This document shows positions 8,306 to 17,175 of a stretch of DNA of 64,000 bases, one piece after another (position 1 is the stretch's first letter; each line of letters starts with the position of its first letter). Below the pieces are notes generated by a model that did no database searches, was not told the DNA's origin, and saw only the letters and a program-made list of their open reading frames with translations. A program made the translations under genes and the position numbers. Location of the stretch: IMG/VR virus record IMGVR_UViG_3300023179_003528, positions 12,455 through 76,454 of that record; one strand, 5' to 3'. Origin of the DNA: a virus.

Positions 8306-10321
8306 ATGAAACTAAAAATCTTAGCAGCAAGTCTAGCGATTGCCTATGGGTCATTACATGCTCAAGTTCAAACAGGAGCATGGTTAACCAGCGAATATGA
8401 CAAAGGTAGAACGCTAAGTGGTATCAATGCAGCCTGGGCATATTCTCGTGGATATAGTGGCAAAGGCAGCACAATTGCTATTATTGATTCTGGAATAGAT
8501 GCCAAATCTGCAGAATTTCAAAATAGAATCAAGGCTGTTTATGATTTTACTAGCTCAGGATCTATCAACGATACTCTAGGACATGGCACCCACGTAGCTG
8601 GTATTGCGGCTGCTGCCAAAAACAACATAGGAACTCATGGGGTAGCCTTTAACGCAGACCTCTTGGTTGCCAAGGTAACCACAAGTGGCCTGGTTACAAT
8701 GACCACTGTGAATAAGGCGGCAGCGTGGGCTAATAGTTATAGTGCAGATGTTGCTAATTTTAGTCTAGGCTTTAGTCTTAGAGATAGTGCAATTGCTCCC
8801 ACTCTAGTTAGTCCAGGGATTTACAAAACCAATGCTACCAATACAGGAAAAACATTAGGAGGTTTAGATCTAGCATCTTGGCGTTCTGCTGTAAATGGAG
8901 AAATGCTTCTAGTGGTAGCGGCTGGCAATGATAATACACCGTGGTCTGGATCTTTGTCTCAGTTAGCCACAGCAACCGATACTAATGGTAATTTACTATT
9001 GGGAGGTCGTGTGATTGTTGCGGGTAACTGGAACAGTCAAGGTGTTACCAAAGCAGGTAAAACAACCTACAGCACAGGACCAAATAATAATGGTTCAGCC
9101 ACTCTATGTATGGTTATGGTAGGCACAGTTTGCCAAGATAAATTCAAGGTCAGTGACTTTTATCTACTTGCACCGGGCACAGGCATTACCAGCACTTTTC
9201 CTATAGATAAGAATAGAACTGGATTGTCCACGCTTACCGGAACTAGTCAAGCAGCTCCTGCCATCAGTGGTGCGGCAGCAATTGTTAAAGAAATGTGGCC
9301 TCAAATGACTGGTAGTAATATTGTAAAATTACTTTTAGTGACTGCTAATAAAAATATTGAGGGTTATAACGTCTATCTGCATGGTCAAGGTTTATTAGAT
9401 CTAGATAAGGCCACACGCCCAGTAGGTAATTTAGGTATTCCTACTACAGGCAGGTTAACTGGACCTCGAGCACTTCCTACAAACCCCATACTAGTCACAG
9501 GCGGCAGTGCAAGCACAGGGGGAGTTGGCAGCATTATTGTGTTAGATGATTTTGACAGAGATTTTGGTATAGATGCAAAATTCTTTACAGCAAGAAAAAC
9601 TACAAAAGAATTTAATCCTGTTCAGGCATTCATGCCTTATGACTCAAAAAACTCTTACAGTCTGCTTAATAACTACAATCAAAGACTAAGTTCAGCATCA
9701 GGAAATCTAGAGTTATCTGTTTATCAAGATACTAATAATGCAAACTTTCAAGTGCCTGGTATGATTGAAGTCGCTTATAAAGTACACGATTTTAAATTTA
9801 CGGCTGCTCATTTTACAGAACAATCTACATGGCTAAGCAATTCATTTGTAGGTTCTAATAGAGAAAGCTCTACCTTGGTGTTAGGATTAGGTATAGATAC
9901 ACCATTATCTGAAAAAAGTAGGGTATACGCTAATGCTATGAATGGCATTACTTCAATAAAAAGTTTTAGCGATAAGGTTACTGGACTGGATACAGCCTAC
10001 AGTTGGTCTTGGACAGCTGGATTAGAAAGAGATCTTGATAAGATTGGTACAATTGGATTAATGGCATATCAACCAGTAAGTGTATATAATGCCAGTGCCA
10101 ATGTTAATATGCCTGTAGGCATAGATCAAAACTTGAATGTTATTCAATCAACTCGGACCAATCTTGCCGCAGATACTAAAGAAACTAGGTTAGGTCTTTA
10201 TTGGAAATATACAGATAATAACAGTTATGCATCTGCATTTGTAGAAACAAGATACAACTATCAAGGAGAAAATGGACAAAAAGACACAGCGGTTGCCTTC
10301 CGAGTTGGAAAAACTTTTTGA
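8306..10321 (+). CDS. exported S8 subtilisin-like serine protease with C-terminal beta-barrel-like domain
   Basis: Signal peptide MKLKILAASLAIAYGSLHA; triad IIDSG, GHGTHVAG, GTSQAAP; oxyanion AAGN; amphipathic beta C-terminus ending in Phe. Confidence 0.88.
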   Translation: MKLKILAASLAIAYGSLHAQVQTGAWLTSEYDKGRTLSGINAAWAYSRGYSGKGSTIAIIDSGIDAKSAEFQNRIKAVYDFTSSGSINDTLGHGTHVAGIAAAAKNNIGTHGVAFNADLLVAKVTTSGLVTMTTVNKAAAWANSYSADVANFSLGFSLRDSAIAPTLVSPGIYKTNATNTGKTLGGLDLASWRSAVNGEMLLVVAAGNDNTPWSGSLSQLATATDTNGNLLLGGRVIVAGNWNSQGVTKAGKTTYSTGPNNNGSATLCMVMVGTVCQDKFKVSDFYLLAPGTGITSTFPIDKNRTGLSTLTGTSQAAPAISGAAAIVKEMWPQMTGSNIVKLLLVTANKNIEGYNVYLHGQGLLDLDKATRPVGNLGIPTTGRLTGPRALPTNPILVTGGSASTGGVGSIIVLDDFDRDFGIDAKFFTARKTTKEFNPVQAFMPYDSKNSYSLLNNYNQRLSSASGNLELSVYQDTNNANFQVPGMIEVAYKVHDFKFTAAHFTEQSTWLSNSFVGSNRESSTLVLGLGIDTPLSEKSRVYANAMNGITSIKSFSDKVTGLDTAYSWSWTAGLERDLDKIGTIGLMAYQPVSVYNASANVNMPVGIDQNLNVIQSTRTNLAADTKETRLGLYWKYTDNNSYASAFVETRYNYQGENGQKDTAVAFRVGKTF

Positions 10322-10330
10322 AATATACAG

Positions 10331-10807
10331 ATGATTTCATTCCTTTCTAAATATTTTTTAGACTGCCTAGACAAATTGGGCAGAAAACGCATAGTATTAG
10401 ATCGGCAAAGTGCAGAGCCTTACCTAGAAAGGTATTATATTTTTCTAAAGGATAGAACTTGGTTTCCTTTTAATATTTTTTTACACAAATTCCTCAAAAG
10501 CGATCCGGATGATGTTCATGATCATCCTTGGCCATATACTACTCTAATATTAAAAGGTGGTTATTACGAATGGCTTCCTGAATTTAATGTATATGGAGAA
10601 CAAGTTGGAGAGAAACGTTTATGGAGGGGTCCTGGTCATTTTCGTTTTAGTACTGCTCACAGTTTTCATCGTATAGAATTAAAACAAGGTATAGAATGTT
10701 GGACACTGTTTATGCCAGGACCTCAACGCAGAGAGTGGGGATTCCTTGTAAATAACAACTGGATACATCATTCACAATATCTAGAGGAGAAAAAAAATGC
10801 CACATAA
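10331..10807 (+). CDS. cupin-like protein
   Basis: HDHPW...GGYYE...FHRIE metal-binding cupin pattern. Confidence 0.6.
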   Translation: MISFLSKYFLDCLDKLGRKRIVLDRQSAEPYLERYYIFLKDRTWFPFNIFLHKFLKSDPDDVHDHPWPYTTLILKGGYYEWLPEFNVYGEQVGEKRLWRGPGHFRFSTAHSFHRIELKQGIECWTLFMPGPQRREWGFLVNNNWIHHSQYLEEKKNAT

Positions 10808-11033
10808 AAAAGAAAAGGTTGTTAATACATATGACCAAGATGACGGTCCATTGACCGAAGAGCAATTAGCTCAACTACCTGTTCAACCAATTCAACAATT
10901 TGAAATAGATTGGGACAAGATCGCAGAAAATGTTCGTGCAGCAGATCTGCTGATAAAAACTAAACCAATTGTAAAACAAGTAGAAAAACCTAAAAAAATT
11001 AAAGTCTCATCTAAACCTAAAAAAAATGTATAA
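10797..11033 (+). CDS. hypothetical protein
   Basis: 78 aa, GAGGAG RBS, overlaps both neighbours. Confidence 0.65.
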   Translation: MPHKKEKVVNTYDQDDGPLTEEQLAQLPVQPIQQFEIDWDKIAENVRAADLLIKTKPIVKQVEKPKKIKVSSKPKKNV

Positions 11034-11424
11034 TTCTAGAAAGATATTCGACGGACCTGAAAAAATAGAGGAGCATGACCCTACTTGGACAGGAATTTTA
11101 CAAGAAGATTTTCATGTCATAGTATATAGAGACAAATACCCCGTAACTAACGGACATATGCTATTTGTTCCTAAATACAACACAATTGATATTCTTAAAC
11201 AGGCCTTTGAAGGTGCTGTTAGATATGGCAAGGACAAAGTTATAAAAAAAGAATGGGACGGATTCAATATAGGTTTAAACTACGGACTTGCTGCAGGACA
11301 GACTGTGGAATGGCCTCATATACATCTTATTCCTAGACGTCATGGCGATGTAGAAGACCCTGTAGGCGGTGTAAGGAATATAATTCATGGCAAGGGCAAT
11401 TACAAAACAACTAATCAAATTTAG
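11026..11424 (+). CDS. HIT-family nucleotide hydrolase
   Basis: DKYPVTNGHMLFVPK and GFNIGLNYGLAAGQTVEWPHIHLIPRR. Confidence 0.88.
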   Translation: MYNSRKIFDGPEKIEEHDPTWTGILQEDFHVIVYRDKYPVTNGHMLFVPKYNTIDILKQAFEGAVRYGKDKVIKKEWDGFNIGLNYGLAAGQTVEWPHIHLIPRRHGDVEDPVGGVRNIIHGKGNYKTTNQI

Positions 11425-12271
11425 TAATCAGCTGGTCCTCTTCATTTAAACAGGCCTGCATGGTACATATCTGAGCAGATGTGGGCGGTAACCATCCATG
11501 ATTCCAAATATTGCCTAGGGGTTGATTTCTACAATAAGCTCCGCTTACAAAACCATTAGTGTCTATAATGAGTTTTTCTATGCCTGCGTTGCACAATTTA
11601 CCAGTATATATATGGTCGCTTTGAGATATATTCTCATGTAATCTTTCTACTACAGTTGTTTGTTGAAACTTAATATTCTCTTCTATAAGATATTCATCGC
11701 CACTCATTATTCTTAGTTGTCTTTCTGTGTAGGGGTATTGACCTCCGTCTTTACTGGCTCCGTGGTATAATACAGATTTTCCTACTATAAAATTATATTT
11801 TTTTTCAATTTCAAGTGCTCTGCTCCAATCTTCATCAAAATGATTAGGCCTCATAGGCACTTCAACATGTATTTCTTTTTCTTTGTCTAGAAAAACAGAT
11901 ATAATATAATCTATTAATGAAGGATTTTGCCAATAATGATAGGACAAAAAAAGTCTATCAATGTAAGGTTCAATAGCCCACCAATCTAACCATAATCTGC
12001 CACCGTTTGTGATTAGATCACATTGTCCATTTAAGGTCTTACACTCTTTTAGTAAAGCAGGAAAATAATCAGTGTCCAATGGTTCTCCGCCATCGAAATA
12101 CCAATCAGTTATTCGTCCCAAGGATTCTGCCCATTCATTAATAATTTTGGCCACTTTGATATAATCATTGATATGTTTGGGTTCTTCTCCTCCACGCAGT
12201 CTTCCTGGACAATAGGAACATTCTGCTTTACAGAAAGTATGAATTTGCCATCTAATTTTAGTTTTAAGCAT
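11411..12271 (-). CDS. radical SAM protein with C-terminal SPASM/twitch-like cysteines
   Basis: CKAECSYC (CxxxCxxC), GGEP and TNG motifs; CNAG...YC...C...C at the C-terminus; ATG 12271 preceded by AGGT. Confidence 0.85.
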   Translation of the reverse strand: MLKTKIRWQIHTFCKAECSYCPGRLRGGEEPKHINDYIKVAKIINEWAESLGRITDWYFDGGEPLDTDYFPALLKECKTLNGQCDLITNGGRLWLDWWAIEPYIDRLFLSYHYWQNPSLIDYIISVFLDKEKEIHVEVPMRPNHFDEDWSRALEIEKKYNFIVGKSVLYHGASKDGGQYPYTERQLRIMSGDEYLIEENIKFQQTTVVERLHENISQSDHIYTGKLCNAGIEKLIIDTNGFVSGAYCRNQPLGNIWNHGWLPPTSAQICTMQACLNEEDQLITKFD

Positions 12272-12298
12272 TGACAAACCTAAATAATTGTGTATAAT
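12271..12298 (+). promoter_or_regulatory. sigma70-type promoter for queE with embedded TAAATA
   Basis: TTGACA 12271-12276, 16 bp, TATAAT 12293-12298; TAAATA at 12281-12286. Confidence 0.65.
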
Positions 12299-12317
12299 TA
12301 CTTATCAAGAGGTGCTC

Positions 12318-13163
12318 ATGAAAAAACTTAAGGTATCAGAACTTTTTTATAGTATACAAGGAGAAGGTCGCTACATGGGTGTTCCTTCTATATTTTTACG
12401 GGTATTCGGCTGCAATTTTACCTGCGATGGATTTGGAATGCCTAGAGGAGAACGATCAAATGAACGGAACTTGGTTGCAAATAGCATTACAGAGTTTAAG
12501 CAGTATAGAGATTTACCACTTGTTCATTCCGGTTGTGATTCTTACGCTAGTTGGGATCCTAGGTTCAAAGACTTTTCACCACTACTTACAACAGATGCCA
12601 TTGCGGAATCGATTAGAGAACTTCTTCCGTTCAAAAAATGGAAGAGGGAACATCTAGTAATCACAGGTGGAGAGCCATTACTGAGTTGGCAACGCAGTTA
12701 TCCTGAACTGTTAAATCATCCCTATATGGATGATCTAACAGAAATTACTTTTGAAACCAACGGAACTCAAAGACTTCATGAGGATTTTAAACTATATTTG
12801 GAATTATGGTCTAATAGAACAGACAGAGAAATTACATTCAGTGTCAGTGCCAAACTTCCAGGTAGTGGTGAGAGATGGGAAGATGCAATTAAACCTGATG
12901 TTATCTGCGATTATGAATCAGTGGGTTGGACTTATCTCAAGTTTGTGGTTGCCACGGAACAGGATATTAAGGACGCTCTTAACGCTGTAATCGAATATCG
13001 CAATGCAGGATTTAAGGGAGAAGTCTACATGATGCCGGTTGGTGGTGTCGAAAGTGTTTATAGTCTAAATAATAAAAACGTGGCCTTGGCCTGTATGGAA
13101 CACGGACTAAGATACAGTGATAGACTTCAGGTGCCACTCTTCAAGAATGAATGGGGTACGTGA
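12318..13163 (+). CDS. queE: 7-carboxy-7-deazaguanine synthase
   Basis: SELFYSIQGEG, FLRVFGCNFTC...CDS, VITGGEP, ETNG and RLQV motifs; ATG 12318 follows GAGGTG. Confidence 0.88.
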   Translation: MKKLKVSELFYSIQGEGRYMGVPSIFLRVFGCNFTCDGFGMPRGERSNERNLVANSITEFKQYRDLPLVHSGCDSYASWDPRFKDFSPLLTTDAIAESIRELLPFKKWKREHLVITGGEPLLSWQRSYPELLNHPYMDDLTEITFETNGTQRLHEDFKLYLELWSNRTDREITFSVSAKLPGSGERWEDAIKPDVICDYESVGWTYLKFVVATEQDIKDALNAVIEYRNAGFKGEVYMMPVGGVESVYSLNNKNVALACMEHGLRYSDRLQVPLFKNEWGT

Positions 13164-13552
13164 TGAAAAACTTTTTTAAAAAACTATTTGGCTTTGAAGA
13201 AATAGACAGGGCCATTGAAAATATGCAGTCTTCGCCGGACCCACAGACTCATGAGCCTACACCAAAAGAACGTGCTACTCAAAATAAAGAACCATGGGTA
13301 GCTGTTCTAGAAACGCATGTTAATAAAGATAACATTAGGAACGGTTTTTTTGAACTTGACTGGAACGAATATTTTGTGCTACAATTAAGAAGTGCTGGAT
13401 ATAAAGGCGACACAGACGAGGCGATTGTTAATCAATGGTTTACTGAACTGTGTCGCAATGTAGCCGCAGAAGAGGGTATAGACATGAGCCGCAGAGGTAC
13501 TGGCTATATAAATGTAAATAACTTAGGAAACGGACGTTCCGAGGTCAGTTAA
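13163..13552 (+). CDS. hypothetical protein
   Basis: TGATG coupling to queE and TAATG coupling to the next gene; GFFELDWN motif. Confidence 0.75.
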   Translation: MKNFFKKLFGFEEIDRAIENMQSSPDPQTHEPTPKERATQNKEPWVAVLETHVNKDNIRNGFFELDWNEYFVLQLRSAGYKGDTDEAIVNQWFTELCRNVAAEEGIDMSRRGTGYINVNNLGNGRSEVS

Positions 13553-14556
13553 TGACGAAAACATATATACTGGTAGATACCGCAAATTGTTTTTTTCGAG
13601 CCCGACATGTGGTTCGAGGTAATCTAGAAGATAAAATTGGTATGAGCATACATACCGTATTAGGTAGTGTCCGCAAGGCGTGGCGTGATTTTAAAGGCGA
13701 TCATGTTGTATTTTGCCTGGAAGGCCGCTCGTGGCGCAAAGATTTTTACGAGCCCTATAAGCGTCAACGTTCCGAGGCACGTGCTGCCCAAAGTCCCCGC
13801 GAAGCTGAAGAAGATCGCGTGTTTTGGGAAACGTTTGATCAGTTTAAAGAATTTATCGCTAACAAGACAAACAGTACAGTTCTACACCATCCCCAATTAG
13901 AAGCAGATGATTTAATTGCAGGTTGGATTAAATCACACCCCAATGATCGTCATATTATTATTAGCACAGACGGGGACTTTGCTCAACTTATTAGTCCAAA
14001 TGTAACACAGTATAATGGTGTCATGGGGATCACTATCACCCACGAAGGTTACTACGACGAAAAAGGCAAACCTGTTGTAGACAAAAAGACCAAAGAAGTG
14101 AAACCTGCACCTAATCCTGAATGGTTATTGTTTGAAAAATGTATGCGCGGTGACACTTCAGATAATATCTTTAGTGCCTATCCGGGTGTTCGAGAAAAGG
14201 GCACTAAAACCAAAATTGGCCTACGTGAAGCATTTGTAGACAAACAAAATAAAGGTTATGCTTGGAATAATATGATGTTGCAGCGTTGGGTAGATCATGA
14301 AGGCAAAGAACATAGAGTTATAGATGACTACAATAGAAATGTTCAATTATGCGATCTTAATGCTCAACCAAAGCATATTAAAGATATTATTAAAGAAACT
14401 ATCAATAATGAAATAAATCAAAACAAAAATATAGAACAAGTAGGTATTAGACTCATAAAGTTTTGTTCAAGTTATGATTTACAAAAAATTGCTGAACAGG
14501 TTCAAAGTTATGCAGAACCTTTAAACTCGAGGTATATACATGAACCCATCTGCTAA
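13552..14556 (+). CDS. rnh: RNase H / 5'-3' exonuclease (T4 rnh-like)
   Basis: LVDTAN, WRK..Y..YK..R, EADD, STDGDFAQL and GDTSDNI motifs. Confidence 0.9.
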   Translation: MTKTYILVDTANCFFRARHVVRGNLEDKIGMSIHTVLGSVRKAWRDFKGDHVVFCLEGRSWRKDFYEPYKRQRSEARAAQSPREAEEDRVFWETFDQFKEFIANKTNSTVLHHPQLEADDLIAGWIKSHPNDRHIIISTDGDFAQLISPNVTQYNGVMGITITHEGYYDEKGKPVVDKKTKEVKPAPNPEWLLFEKCMRGDTSDNIFSAYPGVREKGTKTKIGLREAFVDKQNKGYAWNNMMLQRWVDHEGKEHRVIDDYNRNVQLCDLNAQPKHIKDIIKETINNEINQNKNIEQVGIRLIKFCSSYDLQKIAEQVQSYAEPLNSRYIHEPIC

Positions 14557-15025
14557 GGTCTTAATTCCAAATAAGGAATGGATTATACAAGAAAATAACA
14601 ATAAAATAGGAAGTGTCAGTAAATTTAAACGTGGATATATTTTTATTAAAAACGGTCAGTCTTTGTTTTTTAAAAATCTAGAAGAAATCAATTCTAGATT
14701 TGGCATCAATATAAATGAAAATAATGTCCATAAATTTGTAGCATCAGATACAAAGGATTATAAAATATACGATTTTTCATGCAGCTCGAAACCATACGAT
14801 CCTGTATACAATATAAAGAAGAAATTGCCGTTATTTGCAAAAAGTTCAAAAAGTAAAAGTCAATACTGTGCAGGATATTATGTTATCAAATTCCGTAAAG
14901 GGTGGGTCAAAAGTTTCTGTCCTAAACTAATTACACTAGAAAGATATCCGTTTTTTGGTCCATACAAAACAGAAATGGAAATGAAAAATCAATTAAATAT
15001 AATTAACAGATATGAAACCACTTAA
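14540..15025 (+). CDS. hypothetical protein
   Basis: 161 aa, GAGGT RBS, overlaps neighbours. Confidence 0.7.
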   Translation: MNPSAKVLIPNKEWIIQENNNKIGSVSKFKRGYIFIKNGQSLFFKNLEEINSRFGININENNVHKFVASDTKDYKIYDFSCSSKPYDPVYNIKKKLPLFAKSSKSKSQYCAGYYVIKFRKGWVKSFCPKLITLERYPFFGPYKTEMEMKNQLNIINRYETT

Positions 15026-15233
15026 CACGTTACCTATTGAAGAATTTCTTAATAAAGCTCGTGTAGCCCTAAAAGCTAATCAAAAAGATATGACCTTAAG
15101 TATTAAAGAAGTAGCTGACCTACAGAATAGCCTAAGTATAGTAATGACAAGACTAACAGGAGAACTAGATCAAATTGCATCTCAATCTGGTAGTGGAGAT
15201 ATTCAAATTAAAATGAACGGCGGATCTTGGTAA
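15012..15233 (+). CDS. hypothetical protein
   Basis: 73-aa ORF in operon. Confidence 0.65.
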   Translation: MKPLNTLPIEEFLNKARVALKANQKDMTLSIKEVADLQNSLSIVMTRLTGELDQIASQSGSGDIQIKMNGGSW

Positions 15234-15267
15234 AAAACGGCTAAATATATACGCACTTATCGGAGAT

Positions 15268-15573
15268 GTGTATATGAGCAGGCCTAAACCAAAAGTATTA
15301 TTAGAAATAACAAATAAAAAAACCTATAAAACTGAACAGGTATTAGAAGCCGACGCCATTTGGGCTGTTTTTTATAAGGACAGTCCCATAAATCTTAAAA
15401 CTAATAGTATGATTGCAGGGCATATAAGTCCAAAATATAAAAAAGTCAGTTTCTCAAATAGTGGTCACGCCTTCAATTTGGCTGAAAAACTTAATAAATT
15501 GTTTTCTACATCTGACTTCGGCGTTGTCAAACTAATCACTGGAGAAAAAATATCCGATGAAGATCAAGCATGA
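15268..15573 (+). CDS. hypothetical protein (start may be ATG 15274)
   Basis: TAAATA at 15242-15247 and GGAGA RBS upstream. Confidence 0.7.
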   Translation: MYMSRPKPKVLLEITNKKTYKTEQVLEADAIWAVFYKDSPINLKTNSMIAGHISPKYKKVSFSNSGHAFNLAEKLNKLFSTSDFGVVKLITGEKISDEDQA

Positions 15574-15949
15574 TCTTACACAGATTGTGGCTCTATCATT
15601 GGGTCTTCCTATTGAGCCAAAAAATGTAAAAAAATACATAGGCCTATGGTGGTGGAGTCCTATTGAAAAACAAGGGGGAGGACTCAAACTTAAAGAACAA
15701 GGCTTAGAGGCACTGGTAAAAGCAGACATAAAACATCACCGCATAACAGTGGAAAATTTTCCAGATGCTACCAATAAAAATATCATATACTTGGACAACT
15801 ATATTGACTGCCCGTGGTATTTAAACAACAGGTATATCTATGTTTTCAGTGAAAGAATGGCAATCCAATTAGTTTTGTATTCTGGTAATCTACAGAAATT
15901 CTTGGAGGCAAAAGCCTACAGGAACAGATTGACAGCGAGTAAGGTTTAG
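15557..15949 (+). CDS. hypothetical protein
   Basis: 130 aa, GGAG RBS. Confidence 0.65.
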   Translation: MKIKHDLTQIVALSLGLPIEPKNVKKYIGLWWWSPIEKQGGGLKLKEQGLEALVKADIKHHRITVENFPDATNKNIIYLDNYIDCPWYLNNRYIYVFSERMAIQLVLYSGNLQKFLEAKAYRNRLTASKV

Positions 15950-15957
15950 CATATAAT
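15929..15957 (+). promoter_or_regulatory. sigma70 consensus promoter
   Basis: TTGACA 15929-15934, 17 bp, TATAAT 15952-15957. Confidence 0.85.
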
Positions 15958-16011
15958 ATACATATATTGAAACAGTCAATATATATCTTAAATATTTTTT
16001 AGAGAGCAGCT

Positions 16012-17091
16012 ATGTCAGAAAAATTATCAGCTAACCGCACTGTTACTCCTAACGAAGCCAAGCGTTCGCTTCGTAAGTGTATTAAAATTCAACGCCCTGT
16101 GTTTATGTGGGGTCCTCCAGGTATTGGCAAATCAGATATCGTTAAACAAATTGGCCAAGAATTCAATCGCGAAGTTATTGATGTTCGTTTAAGTTTATGG
16201 GAGCCCACAGACATCAAGGGTATTCCATATTATAACAGCCAAGCCAACACAATGAGTTGGGCACCACCTGCAGAACTGCCCACTGACCCAGAATCTAGTG
16301 CTATTCTGTTCCTTGATGAGCTTAATTCTGCGGCTCCTGCTACACAGGCAGCGGCTTACCAACTTATTTTAAATCGTCGTGTAGGTACTTATGTTCTTCC
16401 AAAAGGTGTAGCAATCATTGCCGCGGGCAATCGCGAAACTGACAAAGGTGTTACCTATAGAATGCCTTCTCCGTTGGCCAATCGTTTTGTACATTTAGAG
16501 CTGCGTACTGACTACGACGATTGGTTACAATGGGCTACTAATAACCGCTTGCATGAACAGGTTGTAGGCTACGTTGGTTTTGCCAAACAAGATCTCTACG
16601 ACTTCGATCCACGTTCTTCAAGTCGATCATTTGCTACTCCCCGATCATGGAGTTTTGTCAGTGACCTTTTGCACGACGACGATTTAGATGAAGGCACACT
16701 CACAGATTTGGTTGCTGGTGCCGTAGGTGAAGGTCTGGCTGTTAAATTTATGGCACATCGTAAAGTATCTAAACAGATGCCTAAACCAGAAGAAATTCTT
16801 GTAGGTAAAGTTAAGAAATGCGAGATTAAAGAAATCTCTGCTATGTATTCATTGACTGTTTCTCTCTGTTACGAGCTTCAAACCGCACATCAAAAGAAAT
16901 CCAAGAACTGGGACGAAATGGCTGACTACTTCTTTGAATTTATGATGGATTGTTTTCCAACAGAGTTAGTGGTTATGGGTGCCAAAGTTGCCCTTACTAG
17001 CTATCAGTTGCCCTTTGATGCCAGCAAACTCAAGAACTTTGATAGGTTCCACGAGAAGTATGGTAAGTTCATTATCCAGGCAATGGAATAA
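16012..17091 (+). CDS. MoxR-like AAA+ ATPase
   Basis: Walker A GPPGIGKS, Walker B LFLDE, AAGN sensor and PLANRF arginine finger. Confidence 0.9.
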   Translation: MSEKLSANRTVTPNEAKRSLRKCIKIQRPVFMWGPPGIGKSDIVKQIGQEFNREVIDVRLSLWEPTDIKGIPYYNSQANTMSWAPPAELPTDPESSAILFLDELNSAAPATQAAAYQLILNRRVGTYVLPKGVAIIAAGNRETDKGVTYRMPSPLANRFVHLELRTDYDDWLQWATNNRLHEQVVGYVGFAKQDLYDFDPRSSSRSFATPRSWSFVSDLLHDDDLDEGTLTDLVAGAVGEGLAVKFMAHRKVSKQMPKPEEILVGKVKKCEIKEISAMYSLTVSLCYELQTAHQKKSKNWDEMADYFFEFMMDCFPTELVVMGAKVALTSYQLPFDASKLKNFDRFHEKYGKFIIQAME

Positions 17092-17116
17092 AAAAAGGCC
17101 CATTAGGGCCTTTTTT
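17091..17116. terminator. bidirectional intrinsic terminator
   Basis: AAAAAAGGCCC-ATTA-GGGCCTTTTTT. Confidence 0.85.
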
Positions 17117-17117
17117 A

Positions 17118-17146
17118 TTGACAATTGTATGTTTAGACTGTATAAT
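17118..17146 (+). promoter_or_regulatory. sigma70 consensus promoter
   Basis: TTGACA 17118-17123, 17 bp, TATAAT 17141-17146; AAGGAG RBS follows. Confidence 0.85.
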
Positions 17147-17175
17147 AGATATATAATGTTAACAAGGAGTGCAAA

